Origin: Bacillota bacterium
GTDB lineage: Bacteria; Bacillota; Clostridia; Christensenellales; UBA1242
DNA: 50,002 nt
Direction of reading: 5' to 3'
NCBI GenBank assembly: GCA_009784665.1
Contig: WRBH01000001.1
Span: 73,267 to 123,268, forward strand
In this document: one piece after another, positions 8,905 to 19,257 of the stretch
How the letters are laid out: each line of letters starts with the position of its first letter
How positions within the stretch are numbered: the stretch's first letter is position 1
The notes under the pieces: generated by a model
What the model was told of the DNA's origin: nothing
What the model saw: only the letters and a program-made list of their open reading frames with translations
Databases searched by the model: none
Translations under genes and position numbers: made by a program

Positions 8905-10001
8905 GGTTGCTTCTCCTCTTCCGTTTCCGATAACCCTAATGATTTGATTTTAGAAAAGACCTCTTCTACTGCTTGTTCAATAGCTTGCGGGGTTATTTCA
9001 AGCTTTTCAACTTTTTCCAGGGGAGTTAGTTCTTTTGAGCTCAGTATAGTTATCACTTTTTCCACATCCTCGGCGGTTTTTAGGCGGGGGGCCAGTACAA
9101 AAGCCATCGCCGTTCCATAAAAGTATTTTCCATCCATTACCTCTGTTCCCACATTGGCATCTTCGGCACTTAGTTCTCCCTCTCTGGAGGGGTTTTCTTT
9201 GTCGGCTATTCTTGTTGCTTGAGCTTCTGTGAATTCTCCCTGTTCTTCGAACTTATTAAGCAGTTCGTAGCCGTAGGAGATGTCCTGGGCATATTGCTTA
9301 ATATCTGCGAGTCTTAGTTGCTGCATGAAGCCTACTTCTCCTTGTCCGCTTTTCATTCTCTCGTATAATATCTCTAGGGTTATTGTTAATGTTTCGCGCA
9401 TCTCTTCATAGCTTTTGTTTCTTGCCTGGTCATCGGACATATTTTTTACAGTTTCTGGATCGTCTGCAGTTAACGCGTGACCGAGCTCGTGTACTAGAAT
9501 GGCTGCTGGATCATCAAATAATGTTTTATCTACATTCAAGTCCCCTGTTTCTGTATTATATTCAGAGTCCTCCATAACTGGAAGTTTTAGTTGTTCCAGC
9601 TTTTCCTCCAGTTCTTTTATCTTCTCGTCGTCTGCGAAGGGGCTGTTTTTTTCGAATTGTAAGCTGCTCTCAGCCGTCTGGATGTCCTTTGTCATATCTT
9701 TTTGTTTATCAAAGGTTATTTGACCGTCCTGTAGCATTTTGTTTATTTTTGCGTATAGGCTTGGTGACATTTTTTTTGTAAATTCTTGTACTTGGCTTAT
9801 TATTTCTTCGTCACTTATTTTTGACTTTTCATTGTTGATTTTTGGTGTGGATGTTGAAAAATCTCCAAGGGCGATTCTTTGTGCAAGTGGACCAAATATC
9901 TTTAAGAATTTGTGTTCCTGGGGGTCGTACATATCTGAAAACGCTTCGTTAAACCCTGCGATTCCTTTTGAATATTCTTTGTCCTTGTTAAATTCTTTCA
10001 T
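8901..10001 (-). CDS. Acidic HExxH zinc metallopeptidase-like protein
   Basis: LVHELGHAL, downstream ExxxxxxE (RETLTITLE) and KYFYG, reminiscent of M3 gluzincins. Confidence 0.65.
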   Translation of the reverse strand: MKEFNKDKEYSKGIAGFNEAFSDMYDPQEHKFLKIFGPLAQRIALGDFSTSTPKINNEKSKISDEEIISQVQEFTKKMSPSLYAKINKMLQDGQITFDKQKDMTKDIQTAESSLQFEKNSPFADDEKIKELEEKLEQLKLPVMEDSEYNTETGDLNVDKTLFDDPAAILVHELGHALTADDPETVKNMSDDQARNKSYEEMRETLTITLEILYERMKSGQGEVGFMQQLRLADIKQYAQDISYGYELLNKFEEQGEFTEAQATRIADKENPSREGELSAEDANVGTEVMDGKYFYGTAMAFVLAPRLKTAEDVEKVITILSSKELTPLEKVEKLEITPQAIEQAVEEVFSKIKSLGLSETEEEKQP

Positions 10002-10004
10002 TGC

Positions 10005-10496
10005 TTAATCCCCTTTAAACATTTCCTCTCGAGTTTCTGTGTATGCTCGTTCTGCGGTCATGCATTTACTTTTCTTTTTGTATGTATTTTGCATTTCGTG
10101 CTTTGGGGAGCTTATAGCCAGTTTATTAGCCTCACTGTTAAGACGCAGGCCACCTACAAGATAGCGAAGCCTATTAATACCTTCTCCGGCAGTTGCCCCA
10201 CCGCCGAAAATTCCAAAACCTGCAACAATTGCAGGGGCTAGGAATTGCCGAACTGGATCTGGAGCACTCTCGAATAAATTGTATAATATAGGGAATGGGA
10301 TGCTGTCCATCAGTGTGTTTATTATCGGGAAACGAACTTCCTCGGACATCTTCTCCATAGTTGTCAGCATTTCTAAAAGTGCTGTGCCTATTGACGGTAC
10401 TGCCAAAGTTTTCATTGCACGGATTCTGTCACGCAAAGCAACCGCTTGTTTTTCCTCGTACTTTTCCGCCGCAACTTTTTCTTTATTATATTCCAT
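10005..10496 (-). CDS. Hypothetical protein with Gly-rich hydrophobic segment
   Basis: TATAAT 5 nt before ATG; 3 nt from the next gene. Confidence 0.7.
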   Translation of the reverse strand: MEYNKEKVAAEKYEEKQAVALRDRIRAMKTLAVPSIGTALLEMLTTMEKMSEEVRFPIINTLMDSIPFPILYNLFESAPDPVRQFLAPAIVAGFGIFGGGATAGEGINRLRYLVGGLRLNSEANKLAISSPKHEMQNTYKKKSKCMTAERAYTETREEMFKGD

Positions 10497-10502
10497 GAAG
10501 AA

Positions 10503-11876
10503 TTATACAATATTTCTGTTGATAAAGTCAATAAGGTCCGAAATTCTAATGCGCTCCTGCTTCATAGTGTCACGATCTCTTATCGTGACAGAATTATCTT
10601 CAAGGGTTTCGTAATCGACTGTAAGACAAAGCGGTGTCCCAATTTCGTCTTGCCGGCGATATCGTTTCCCGATAGAACCAGTTTCATCATATGAAACAGA
10701 AAAGTTTTTGGATAAAGTATCAAACAGTTCGTGAGATTTATCTGTAAGGCCTCTCTTTTGCAGAGGGAGCACTGCAACAGTATACGGAGCTATGCTTGGC
10801 TTTAGCTTCATAAGAACACGAGTATCGCCCGGAGCAACCTCCTCTTCATTGTATGCATCAACAAGAGTCGCCAATAGTATCCTGTCAAGACCGTGACTGG
10901 ATTCGATTACAGTTGGTACAAACGGGTCTTGGCCTTCTTCTTTGTACTCCATTGTCTTCTTGCTGTCGCGTTGATGGTTTCCTAGGTCAAATATGCCTCG
11001 ATGATGTGTTCCACCTATTTCTCCCCAGCCGAATGGGAACAAGTACTCGGCATCTACGGCCGCTTTGGCATAGTGAGCTAAGTTGTCGTGATCGGCGAAC
11101 CGGATATTCCTGTCGGTTATTCCTAGCCGTTTGGTATAGAACTCGTGAGCTTTTTTTTTGTAGATGTCGTACCATTTCATGCTTTCTTCTTCTTTGCAGA
11201 ATAGTTGGTATTCCATTTGTTCAAATTCAACGGTCCGAAATATAAAGTTTCCTGGTGTTATTTCATTTCTGAAAGCCTTTCCTATTTGTCCTACACCGAA
11301 CGGGACTTTTAAACGAGAACTTCTTTGCAGGTTTTGGAAATTTACGAATTGAGACTGTGCGGTTTCTGGGCGAAGATAGATTGTGTTTAGATTCGCCTCT
11401 GTTACACCACGATCAGTACTAAACATCAATTTAAAGAATCTTATTCCTGTCCAGTTGACTTTCCCGCATGCTGGGCACTTGATCTTATTGTCAAAGACAA
11501 ATTTTTCCATCTCAGGAAGAGATAGTTCCTCTGGACGCTTTTTTGTGTCCTTCCATGTGCCAGATTCCTCGATAAGCTTATCAACACGAGAACGATGCTT
11601 ACAGTCTTTACAATCCATTAAAGGGTCTTGGAAAGTATCGACATGCCCACTAGCCTTCCAAACCATTGGGTTCATTAAAATTCCTCCATCCATACCGATA
11701 GAGTTTCTATTTTCACGAACAAAAAATTTCCACCACTCGCGTTTGATGTTATTTTTCAGTTCGACACCCAAGGGGCCAAAATCCCAAGTATTTGCAAGCC
11801 CACCATATATTTCTGAACCCGGGTATATAAAGCCTCTGTTTTTACTTAACGCTACTATTTTATCTAGATTCTGCAT
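10503..11876 (-). CDS. glyQS: Glycine--tRNA ligase (alpha2 type)
   Basis: YLRPETAQ, GKAFRNEITPGNFIFRTVEFEQME, SIGKRYRRQDEIGTP. Confidence 0.97.
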   Translation of the reverse strand: MQNLDKIVALSKNRGFIYPGSEIYGGLANTWDFGPLGVELKNNIKREWWKFFVRENRNSIGMDGGILMNPMVWKASGHVDTFQDPLMDCKDCKHRSRVDKLIEESGTWKDTKKRPEELSLPEMEKFVFDNKIKCPACGKVNWTGIRFFKLMFSTDRGVTEANLNTIYLRPETAQSQFVNFQNLQRSSRLKVPFGVGQIGKAFRNEITPGNFIFRTVEFEQMEYQLFCKEEESMKWYDIYKKKAHEFYTKRLGITDRNIRFADHDNLAHYAKAAVDAEYLFPFGWGEIGGTHHRGIFDLGNHQRDSKKTMEYKEEGQDPFVPTVIESSHGLDRILLATLVDAYNEEEVAPGDTRVLMKLKPSIAPYTVAVLPLQKRGLTDKSHELFDTLSKNFSVSYDETGSIGKRYRRQDEIGTPLCLTVDYETLEDNSVTIRDRDTMKQERIRISDLIDFINRNIV

Positions 11877-11881
11877 AATCC

Positions 11882-12712
11882 TCATTCTATCACAATCAAG
11901 TCAAAGAACGCAACAATTCTGTGTCCCTCGAACATCGTTGATATTTCGAACTGGAATTCACGCTCGGTCTCTGCGTCCGGGAAAGTTAATGGAAATAGTT
12001 GTATAAGGGATGGAAAAGTCATTCCCTCTAAAACCTCTTGAACATGGAATAAAGGATTTGGTATTGATTGGCCCAAAACAGTTAATGTAGCATGAAATCT
12101 AAATGTATCACGCCCAGCCAAACGCTCTGCACGATACCGTGTTAGTGGTAAATAGTCTATATTTCTCCAGCCTATTCCGTCTCGTTCCTGTAGGTTCACA
12201 TTCAAAGCTAACATTTCCGGATATGGCATTACGATTATGCGAATTGTGGCTGCCCACCTATCAACTGTTATGACCACAGACACATATCCATCCGGGTCTG
12301 TATCTCTATGGAATCTAGGCAGGTTATTCTCCCCAGTTCGCAAGATTGTCAAAGTTGCTGTATCTCCAGAAGATATCCTTGGTGTTACGGATATAAACTC
12401 AACCGCCGTAGGGCTTGGAACCAGATTTATAGCGTGAGATGTTTGGTTATTTGGAGATGTTGTTATTTGTATAAACTCTCTATGCTCTGGTTGCTGAGGT
12501 GTTTGATTTGGGAACACATGCATTGTTATTACACCGCCGTTTGCTACCCATTGATTGTTTATCCTAAGGCCGTTTGGAGACACGGTTGTATTTGATATAG
12601 CCAAAATTGCCCCTATAACAATAAACAGTAACGCTCCCGCTACAAGCCCTATTACAAGAAATTTGTAATACTTTTTCTGAGAAAAGTTTATTACTTTTTG
12701 ACTGAACCCCAT
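11882..12712 (-). CDS. Membrane-anchored extracytoplasmic protein
   Basis: Basic N-terminus, one TM, beta-rich Lys-free ectodomain. Confidence 0.75.
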   Translation of the reverse strand: MGFSQKVINFSQKKYYKFLVIGLVAGALLFIVIGAILAISNTTVSPNGLRINNQWVANGGVITMHVFPNQTPQQPEHREFIQITTSPNNQTSHAINLVPSPTAVEFISVTPRISSGDTATLTILRTGENNLPRFHRDTDPDGYVSVVITVDRWAATIRIIVMPYPEMLALNVNLQERDGIGWRNIDYLPLTRYRAERLAGRDTFRFHATLTVLGQSIPNPLFHVQEVLEGMTFPSLIQLFPLTFPDAETEREFQFEISTMFEGHRIVAFFDLIVIE

Positions 12713-12760
12713 AACTAAAACTATTATATCTAATTCGCAAAAACTTTACAAATCTTTTTT

Positions 12761-13612
12761 TCACTCTCTTATAAAAACCATACCAATGGTGTTCCTGCCG
12801 CAATGTATTGTAACAGCAACGCCAACAGTTAGGTTTAGTGTTTTAAATCCATAGGTCTCAAGATCTGACATGATTATTGAAGGAAGCTCGTTGTCATCCA
12901 TTTTACTATTCCCTACTAATGCAAGAGCTTTATCAGAATTGATATGTTGGTCCAATTTGTCTTTGACAAATTCCTGAACACATTTCTTGAATAATCCTTT
13001 ATATTTTTTACCTGGTACAAGGCGTCCTTCAGAATCCATTTGAAGAGATGGTCTTATCTTTAATAAGTTCGCACCTAATAATTTTAAACCACTTACCCTG
13101 CCACCACGGTGAAGATATTTAAGGTCATTTATTATAAATGATACATCTACTTTATCTCGGTATTCTAAAAGAATCTCATATGCTTCTGAAACTGACATTC
13201 CTTGATCTCTTAGCTCTGCTGCTTTCATAACTTGCACGCCTATACCCATTGTTAGAGTTTTACTGTCTACTATGTACACGCCTTCAAGGCCCTCGGCTGC
13301 TCTTTTTGCATTGCCGTGAGATGCTGAAAGTTTATCACTTATATTAAAGTGAATTATTGTTCCTCCGTCTTTTGTTGCCGCCTCGAATAATTCGCGATAG
13401 TCGCTCTCTAGACCTGCACTTGTTTTTGGTGCTAGGTTTTTTTCCTCGATTGCTGTGTAAATCATTTCTGGTGTGACCTCAGTATCTGGGAAAGAATCAC
13501 CCTTTTCTTTAACACTTGTTACACCCATTGCAATAACTTTGACATTTAGTTTCTCATACATTTCCTTTGTCAAATCTGCTGGGGAGTCTGTACTTATAAT
13601 AAATTTAGCCAT
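12761..13612 (-). CDS. DegV/FakB fatty-acid-binding protein
   Basis: STDSPADL, PKTSA, ISDKLSAS, VDSKT, YLHRGGRVS, IHCG. Confidence 0.93.
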   Translation of the reverse strand: MAKFIISTDSPADLTKEMYEKLNVKVIAMGVTSVKEKGDSFPDTEVTPEMIYTAIEEKNLAPKTSAGLESDYRELFEAATKDGGTIIHFNISDKLSASHGNAKRAAEGLEGVYIVDSKTLTMGIGVQVMKAAELRDQGMSVSEAYEILLEYRDKVDVSFIINDLKYLHRGGRVSGLKLLGANLLKIRPSLQMDSEGRLVPGKKYKGLFKKCVQEFVKDKLDQHINSDKALALVGNSKMDDNELPSIIMSDLETYGFKTLNLTVGVAVTIHCGRNTIGMVFIRE

Positions 13613-13818
13613 GCCTATAGTCTATTCTTTGAAAACTATATCGTCAACTAAAAAGTCATTAAATAATAATCTTTAATAGTAACCAATCTTAATAAGTGGA
13701 TAAATATTATTTAATAGTATTATTTTTTGGAATTTTTAAAATTTACTACAATATATTGTGTAGTTTATTAATGTAAGAGTGGGGATAAAACCTATAAACT
13801 CTACACAGGATATTAGAT

Positions 13819-14025
13819 ATGAAACAAAATTTTCCACGGATAATTGTAGAACTTATGCAAGAGAGAGGGATAAACCAACTTCAACTCTCTGAAAAGCTTG
13901 GTGTTAGGCAGTCTCAGGTTAGTAACTGGGTTAATGGAAAAAGCCTACCAGGTTATTATTCTATTAAGATGATTTGTATAAAGTTAAAAGTTAGTGCTGA
14001 TTACTTACTGGAACTTGAAGATTAA
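13819..14025 (+). CDS. XRE-family HTH regulator
   Basis: NQLQLSEKLGVRQSQVSNWVNG...VSADYLL. Confidence 0.9.
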   Translation: MKQNFPRIIVELMQERGINQLQLSEKLGVRQSQVSNWVNGKSLPGYYSIKMICIKLKVSADYLLELED

Positions 14026-14798
14026 AGGCTTAGATTTTTTCTTTTGAAAACAAAAATAGAGACAATTGATGTAAGAGCTATTATAGTAATATAAGCAAGT
14101 AATACAATCCACCAAAGACTAAAATCTCCAATAGCCATTTCTGATGGAAGGAACCACCCAAATGGTGTTATCCATCGGAAAAACTCTAAGGACGAGTGAA
14201 TATGGGATAAACTGATAAAAAGGAAGAAACAAACAGGAACAGCTATAAGTAGTCCAGCCGCCCACTTACTACCTGCGAACACCGATCCTAATAAATAAGA
14301 AATGAAAACAACTGCGGAAAGAGAAATTGTCGCCATAAGAGTTGTAGAGAAGAAATGTCCAAAATTAAAACTTTCTCCGAGAGCGACAAATGATAACAGG
14401 CCAACACTTAGTAACAATATGAAGAGTGTAGTAAGTTTAATAGCCAAGAAAGTAAGTGCGGTAAGCATATATTTGGTTCTTGATATTCCTGACATTAGAT
14501 GCATAGACAACGATCCACTATCAACTGGTCTAAAAATAAGCCTAAACACCAACATAATAAATAAAACAAGTCCAAACGACCATAGCAACTCCCCTAACAT
14601 AGTAGCGGTATAAACACCAATATCACCAACATCAAACATGTCACCAAATATTCCACCACCTGTTTCTCCAGTCATCATATCAACGATAAGAGGATACATA
14701 AAAATAACAAGTGAAAAATAGACCATTATTACAGCCATAAAACACCAATAAAGAACAGCATTTTTTTTGAGAAGTGACTTAAGTAGTGTTCCACTCAT
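14022..14798 (-). CDS. ABC-2 type exporter permease
   Basis: 6 TM, coupled to the ATPase; RWITPFGW, FKRKNL. Confidence 0.85.
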   Translation of the reverse strand: MSGTLLKSLLKKNAVLYWCFMAVIMVYFSLVIFMYPLIVDMMTGETGGGIFGDMFDVGDIGVYTATMLGELLWSFGLVLFIMLVFRLIFRPVDSGSLSMHLMSGISRTKYMLTALTFLAIKLTTLFILLLSVGLLSFVALGESFNFGHFFSTTLMATISLSAVVFISYLLGSVFAGSKWAAGLLIAVPVCFFLFISLSHIHSSLEFFRWITPFGWFLPSEMAIGDFSLWWIVLLAYITIIALTSIVSIFVFKRKNLSL

Positions 14799-15673
14799 TT
14801 AGATACCTCCTTTCCGACTGAGTAAAAGTGCATAAAAATTTCTTCCAAAGAAATAACTCTTTGCTCTATGTCAATGACTATATGCTTTGATAATGCTTTA
14901 ATAAACTTGTCAACCATTTCGGGCTGGACAAGGAATTCATATTGGTCATTCTCCAACAATTTTGATTCTACATTACTGAGTTTCAGGTCACCTACATGAC
15001 CGCGGACAATAAACTTTTTTCGTTGCTGCGTTTTTAGGTTTTTGACATTATCTTCCTTGACAATACGACCATCTCGGATAATAAGGATTCTATCTGCCGT
15101 TCGTTCAATTTCCTCGAACATATGGCTGCTAATCAACATTGTTTTCCCCGCCTGTTTTTCCTTTTTAAGGAATTCTATAAACTTCGCTTGCATTAATGGA
15201 TCAAGTCCACTGGTAGGTTCGTCCAGGATATAAATTTGCGGATCGTGCATAATTGCCGAGATGATAGCAGTTTTTTGCTTCATCCCTTTGGACATCTTTT
15301 TAATCTTTGTCATTGCGTTTAATTCGAAATATTCTATCAGCTCTTCGACCTTTGCCGCTGGGACATTGCGTAATGTAGCGACATAATCTAAAAATTCTCG
15401 TCCTGACATTCCTGCGGGGAAAGCGGGTTCTCCAGCTATGTATCCAATTTTTGCGGAAACTTCGGTTGCGTCATTAAACGAGTCTAATCCGTCAACTGTA
15501 ACAGATCCGGTGGTTCCACGCACAAAGCCTAAGATACACCTAATAGTGGTTGTCTTCCCTGCCCCATTTGGGCCCAGAAATCCAACAACCTGACCTTTGC
15601 GTACCTCGAAACTTATGTCAAAAACACCCTTGCCATTGGGGTATTTAAAGTTCAAGTCTTTAATTTCGATCAT
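14795..15673 (-). CDS. ABC exporter ATP-binding protein
   Basis: GPNGAGKTT, MSKGMKQK, ILDEPTSGLDP. Confidence 0.95.
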   Translation of the reverse strand: MIEIKDLNFKYPNGKGVFDISFEVRKGQVVGFLGPNGAGKTTTIRCILGFVRGTTGSVTVDGLDSFNDATEVSAKIGYIAGEPAFPAGMSGREFLDYVATLRNVPAAKVEELIEYFELNAMTKIKKMSKGMKQKTAIISAIMHDPQIYILDEPTSGLDPLMQAKFIEFLKKEKQAGKTMLISSHMFEEIERTADRILIIRDGRIVKEDNVKNLKTQQRKKFIVRGHVGDLKLSNVESKLLENDQYEFLVQPEMVDKFIKALSKHIVIDIEQRVISLEEIFMHFYSVGKEVSK

Positions 15674-15689
15674 GCTCATAATATAACAT

Positions 15690-15896
15690 TTATATGTCTA
15701 CTAGTCCAATCAAATAATCCGAGGTACATCCCAATATTTCACACAGTCTTTTTAACATTGCCGTGGACGGATCTTTTGAATTACTCTCCCATTGACTTAA
15801 GGTATTATGAGCAACGCCAAGAATCTCGGCAAGTTGCTTTTGGTTCATCCCTAGTTCCTTTCGCAATTCTGCGACTCGTTCTCCTCTCAAAGCCAC
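15690..15896 (-). CDS. XRE-family HTH regulator
   Basis: LRKELGMNQKQLAEILGVAHNTLSQWE...TSDYLIG. Confidence 0.9.
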   Translation of the reverse strand: MALRGERVAELRKELGMNQKQLAEILGVAHNTLSQWESNSKDPSTAMLKRLCEILGCTSDYLIGLVDI

Positions 15897-15976
15897 TTAA
15901 ATAGTATCCCCCAGGGGGAAGTTTTGTGGTTGTGTTTTCCCTGTGGAGGAAATATAATATCTCTAAGGGGGAAATA

Positions 15977-16123
15977 ATGCCAGGAGAAAGAGAAAACATC
16001 GAAGTATTAGCTCTCGAAGAGTTAATAGATAGAGTTATGTCGCACACAAAAAAAGAGATACGCGAGTACCTCTTTAATTTTAGGGAAAGGGTTATTCTTA
16101 GTATGCTAGAAGACTTGAATTAA
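15977..16123 (+). CDS. Small helical protein (48 aa)
   Basis: AAGGGGG SD before ATG 15977; divergent from the XRE gene. Confidence 0.5.
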   Translation: MPGERENIEVLALEELIDRVMSHTKKEIREYLFNFRERVILSMLEDLN

Positions 16124-18201
16124 GCCTGTGGCTTTCCCCTTTCTCCGATGACTTTTTCAGCGACATTCCTTGGGACTTCTTCGTAGTGGCTGAACACCAT
16201 GTCGAAGGTTCCGCGGCCTTGTGTAAGGGAACGAATGTCGGTTGCGTATCCGAATAATTCAGATAATGGAACCATTGCCTTGATAATCTGGGTACCTTGG
16301 CGGCTGTCCATCCCTTGCAGTTGCCCACGACGGGAGGAAATGTTACCCATGACATCCCCAAGATAATCCTCTGGTGTTTCGATTTCCATCGCCATGATAG
16401 GCTCCAGAAGAACGGCGTTGGCTTTACGCATACCTTCTTTAAACGCCATAGAACCAGCAATTTTGAACGCCATCTCGGACGAGTCGACATCATGGTAAGA
16501 ACCATCGACGACAGTGATTTTGAAGTCCACACACTCGTACCCTGCCAGGACTCCGGACATTTTCGCTTCTTGAATACCTTTGTCAACAGCGGGGACATAT
16601 TCTTTTGGAATTGAACCACCGACTGTTTTGTCGATGAATTCGTAACCTGTGCCTGGATCTTTTGGTTCCATCTCGATGACTGCGTGACCATATTGACCAC
16701 GACCACCAGTTTGCTTGATGTATTTTCCTTCGACGCGAACCTTATTACGGATTGTTTCACGGTAGGCAACTTGCGGCTTGCCAACATTAACATCGACCTT
16801 GAATTCACGGCGCATTCGGTCAACGATAATCTCCAGGTGCAGCTCGCCCATACCAGCGATAATTGTTTGGTTTGTTTCGCGGTCGGTGTATGTCTTGAAG
16901 GTTGGGTCTTCCTCTTGCAGCTTGATTAATGCCATGATCATTTTTTCCTGCATTGCTTTTGTAGCGGGCTCGATAGCCAGATTAATAACAGGGTCGGCAA
17001 AGGACATAGCCTCCAAGATGATTGGTTTTTTCTCGTCACATAGAGTGTCGCCTGTGATGGTGTCTTTTAATCCAACAATAGCACCGATGTCTCCAGCACG
17101 CAATTCGGTAATCTCTGTTCTGTTGTTGGCGTGCATTTGCAGGATTCGACCGACACGCTCTTTTTTATCTTTACCAGAGTTTAACACATACGAACCCGCG
17201 TTAAGGACACCACTGTATACACGGAAGAAACAAAGTCTGCCAACAAATGGGTCAGTTGCAATTTTGAATGCAAGGCCACTGAAAGGCTCGTCATCCGAGG
17301 ATTTCCGGGTTGCTGGTTGATCTTTGTGGTCGATTCCGTTGATGTCAGGAACGTCAATAGGTGCAGGCATGTAGTCAACAATAGCGTCAAGAAGTTTTTG
17401 CACACCTTTATTTTTAAAGGACGAACCGCACACAACTGGGGTAAACTTCATCGCGATTGTTCCCATGCGGATACCGCGTTTTAGTTCCTCGACTGTGAAT
17501 TCCTCTCCCGCAAAAAACTTCTCCATTAGGGCATCATCCATTTCCGCTGCTGCCTCGACCAAATTCTGCCTGTGCAACTTTGCATCATCCAGCATATCCG
17601 CTGGAATATCAATTTCGGACATGTCTTTTCCAAGATCATCGTTGTATATAGTAGCTCTCATAGTTACAAGGTCAACGATACCTTTAAAGTCTTTTTCCTT
17701 ACCAATTGGCAACTGGATGGGAATAGGATTGGCACGCAACCTGTCACGCATTGTTTGGATTGCACGCAGGAAGTTCGCATCATCACGGTCCATCTTGTTG
17801 ATGTAGGCGATTCTTGGGACTACATATTTGTTTGCCTGAGACCAGACCTTTTCTGATTGAGGCTGAACCCCTGCCCTGGCACAAAATACCGCAACTGCAC
17901 CGTCCAATACTTTCAGAGACCTCTCGACCTCTACTGTAAAGTCAACGTGACCTGGGGTGTCAATGATATTGATTTGGTGGCCGTTCCAGTATGTTGTTGT
18001 TGCGGCAGAGGTGATTGTTATTCCGCGCTCTTGCTCTTGAACCATCCAGTCCATTGTTGCTCCCCCATCGTGGACCTCGCCCAGCTTGTGGTTTTTACCC
18101 GAATAGAACAAAATTCGCTCTGTAGTTGTTGTTTTCCCTGCGTCGATGTGCGCCATGATACCGATGTTGCGGTACATATTAAGTGGGACTTTCCTTGCCA
18201 T
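16120..18201 (-). CDS. fusA: Elongation factor G
   Basis: [26 protein letters not shown]; AAAGGAGG SD. Confidence 0.99.
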   Translation of the reverse strand: MARKVPLNMYRNIGIMAHIDAGKTTTTERILFYSGKNHKLGEVHDGGATMDWMVQEQERGITITSAATTTYWNGHQINIIDTPGHVDFTVEVERSLKVLDGAVAVFCARAGVQPQSEKVWSQANKYVVPRIAYINKMDRDDANFLRAIQTMRDRLRANPIPIQLPIGKEKDFKGIVDLVTMRATIYNDDLGKDMSEIDIPADMLDDAKLHRQNLVEAAAEMDDALMEKFFAGEEFTVEELKRGIRMGTIAMKFTPVVCGSSFKNKGVQKLLDAIVDYMPAPIDVPDINGIDHKDQPATRKSSDDEPFSGLAFKIATDPFVGRLCFFRVYSGVLNAGSYVLNSGKDKKERVGRILQMHANNRTEITELRAGDIGAIVGLKDTITGDTLCDEKKPIILEAMSFADPVINLAIEPATKAMQEKMIMALIKLQEEDPTFKTYTDRETNQTIIAGMGELHLEIIVDRMRREFKVDVNVGKPQVAYRETIRNKVRVEGKYIKQTGGRGQYGHAVIEMEPKDPGTGYEFIDKTVGGSIPKEYVPAVDKGIQEAKMSGVLAGYECVDFKITVVDGSYHDVDSSEMAFKIAGSMAFKEGMRKANAVLLEPIMAMEIETPEDYLGDVMGNISSRRGQLQGMDSRQGTQIIKAMVPLSELFGYATDIRSLTQGRGTFDMVFSHYEEVPRNVAEKVIGERGKPQA

Positions 18202-18247
18202 TGTGGCCTCCTTTTACAAGCATTATATTATCACAAAAAGTCAAGGG

Positions 18248-18276
18248 TTGACAAGGACTTATTGGGGTGCTAAAAT
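18248..18276 (+). promoter_or_regulatory. sigmaA promoter
   Basis: TTGACA-17 nt-TAAAAT with extended TG. Confidence 0.75.
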
Positions 18277-18293
18277 TTTTAAGGGGGTAAAAT

Positions 18294-18515
18294 ATGGCAG
18301 ACATGTGGTTAGAGTTTACACAAGGCCTTAATATCTATCCAGTAGATAAAGAAAGCTGTGCGGCTGATGCAGCATTGTTGGCACAGTCATGGGAAAATTT
18401 AGGCAAATCTGCAGAAGAGATAATAGAAGAGATTACACAGATGTGCGAAGTTGACTGTGCAGACACATATTGTGGAGTCTGGCAAAAGTTGGATGAATTA
18501 GGTATTAGTCGTTAA
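18294..18515 (+). CDS. Small acidic Cys-containing protein
   Basis: Own promoter, AAGGGG SD and terminator. Confidence 0.7.
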   Translation: MADMWLEFTQGLNIYPVDKESCAADAALLAQSWENLGKSAEEIIEEITQMCEVDCADTYCGVWQKLDELGISR

Positions 18516-18532
18516 AGAGCCTCAGTAGTCCC

Positions 18533-18560
18533 AACCCCCTGCGGGAAGCGGGGGTTTTTA
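18533..18560. terminator. Intrinsic terminator
   Basis: AACCCCCTGC-GGGAA-GCGGGGGTT followed by T-run, between convergent genes. Confidence 0.8.
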
Positions 18561-19238
18561 GTTGTCGTCGAGGTTCTTTTTCAGGGCACGTTGGACGAGG
18601 AGGATTGCTACGCCCAGAATCCAAAATGCAATGGTGAATGCAAGAAGGGTCACGATATAAAGAGCAACATGAGAATATGACGACGGGTCAACGAAATCAT
18701 ACGCAAAATCCCCCGTCGGCAACCCAATAGCCAGGTTTAATAACAGAAATGAAAGTGGATATACAAGAAGCAACAAGGCCATAACAAGCGCCCGTTTGAA
18801 TGTTTGAACCGCCCCCGTACGAACAAAGAAAAAGAAAGCGAACATCACAACTGCACTGATCAGATGTGTAAACATCAAAACCCCTGTCAAATGGTCGGCG
18901 TACATCGCACGGTAAAATGGTGTCAGTACCAGGGCAACGACAAGGAAAACAATGGAAATATAGAGGGTTATTCCCGCAACAACTGTTGGATGTGTGGCAA
19001 ATCGTTTAATCCTTGAATCTTTGACCGTGAACATCGTGATTCCAAAAAGAAACAGCCACATCATCATTATCATGTTAGACTGATTTGTAAACATATAAAA
19101 GAATCCCCACCAAGCCTGATACGAGCGTATGTACCAAAAAAGATTATCCAGCAACAAAAAGAACAGCACAAACGCATACAGCAGTGCGAAGTATCCAAGA
19201 GTTATATCTCTTTTTCTGTCAGGCGTTTTGTTTTTCAT
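18558..19238 (-). CDS. Pr6Pr-like integral membrane protein
   Basis: FTNQSN motif, conserved His, YP and YDFVD; multiple TM. Confidence 0.7.
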   Translation of the reverse strand: MKNKTPDRKRDITLGYFALLYAFVLFFLLLDNLFWYIRSYQAWWGFFYMFTNQSNMIMMMWLFLFGITMFTVKDSRIKRFATHPTVVAGITLYISIVFLVVALVLTPFYRAMYADHLTGVLMFTHLISAVVMFAFFFFVRTGAVQTFKRALVMALLLLVYPLSFLLLNLAIGLPTGDFAYDFVDPSSYSHVALYIVTLLAFTIAFWILGVAILLVQRALKKNLDDN

Positions 19239-19257
19239 TGACATAGTGTACCCCATT

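Noticed and set aside
16098-16823. 241-aa alternative-frame ORF inside fusA and several long antisense ORFs
   Set aside because: Shadow frames of a codon-biased conserved gene; no SD or recognisable motifs
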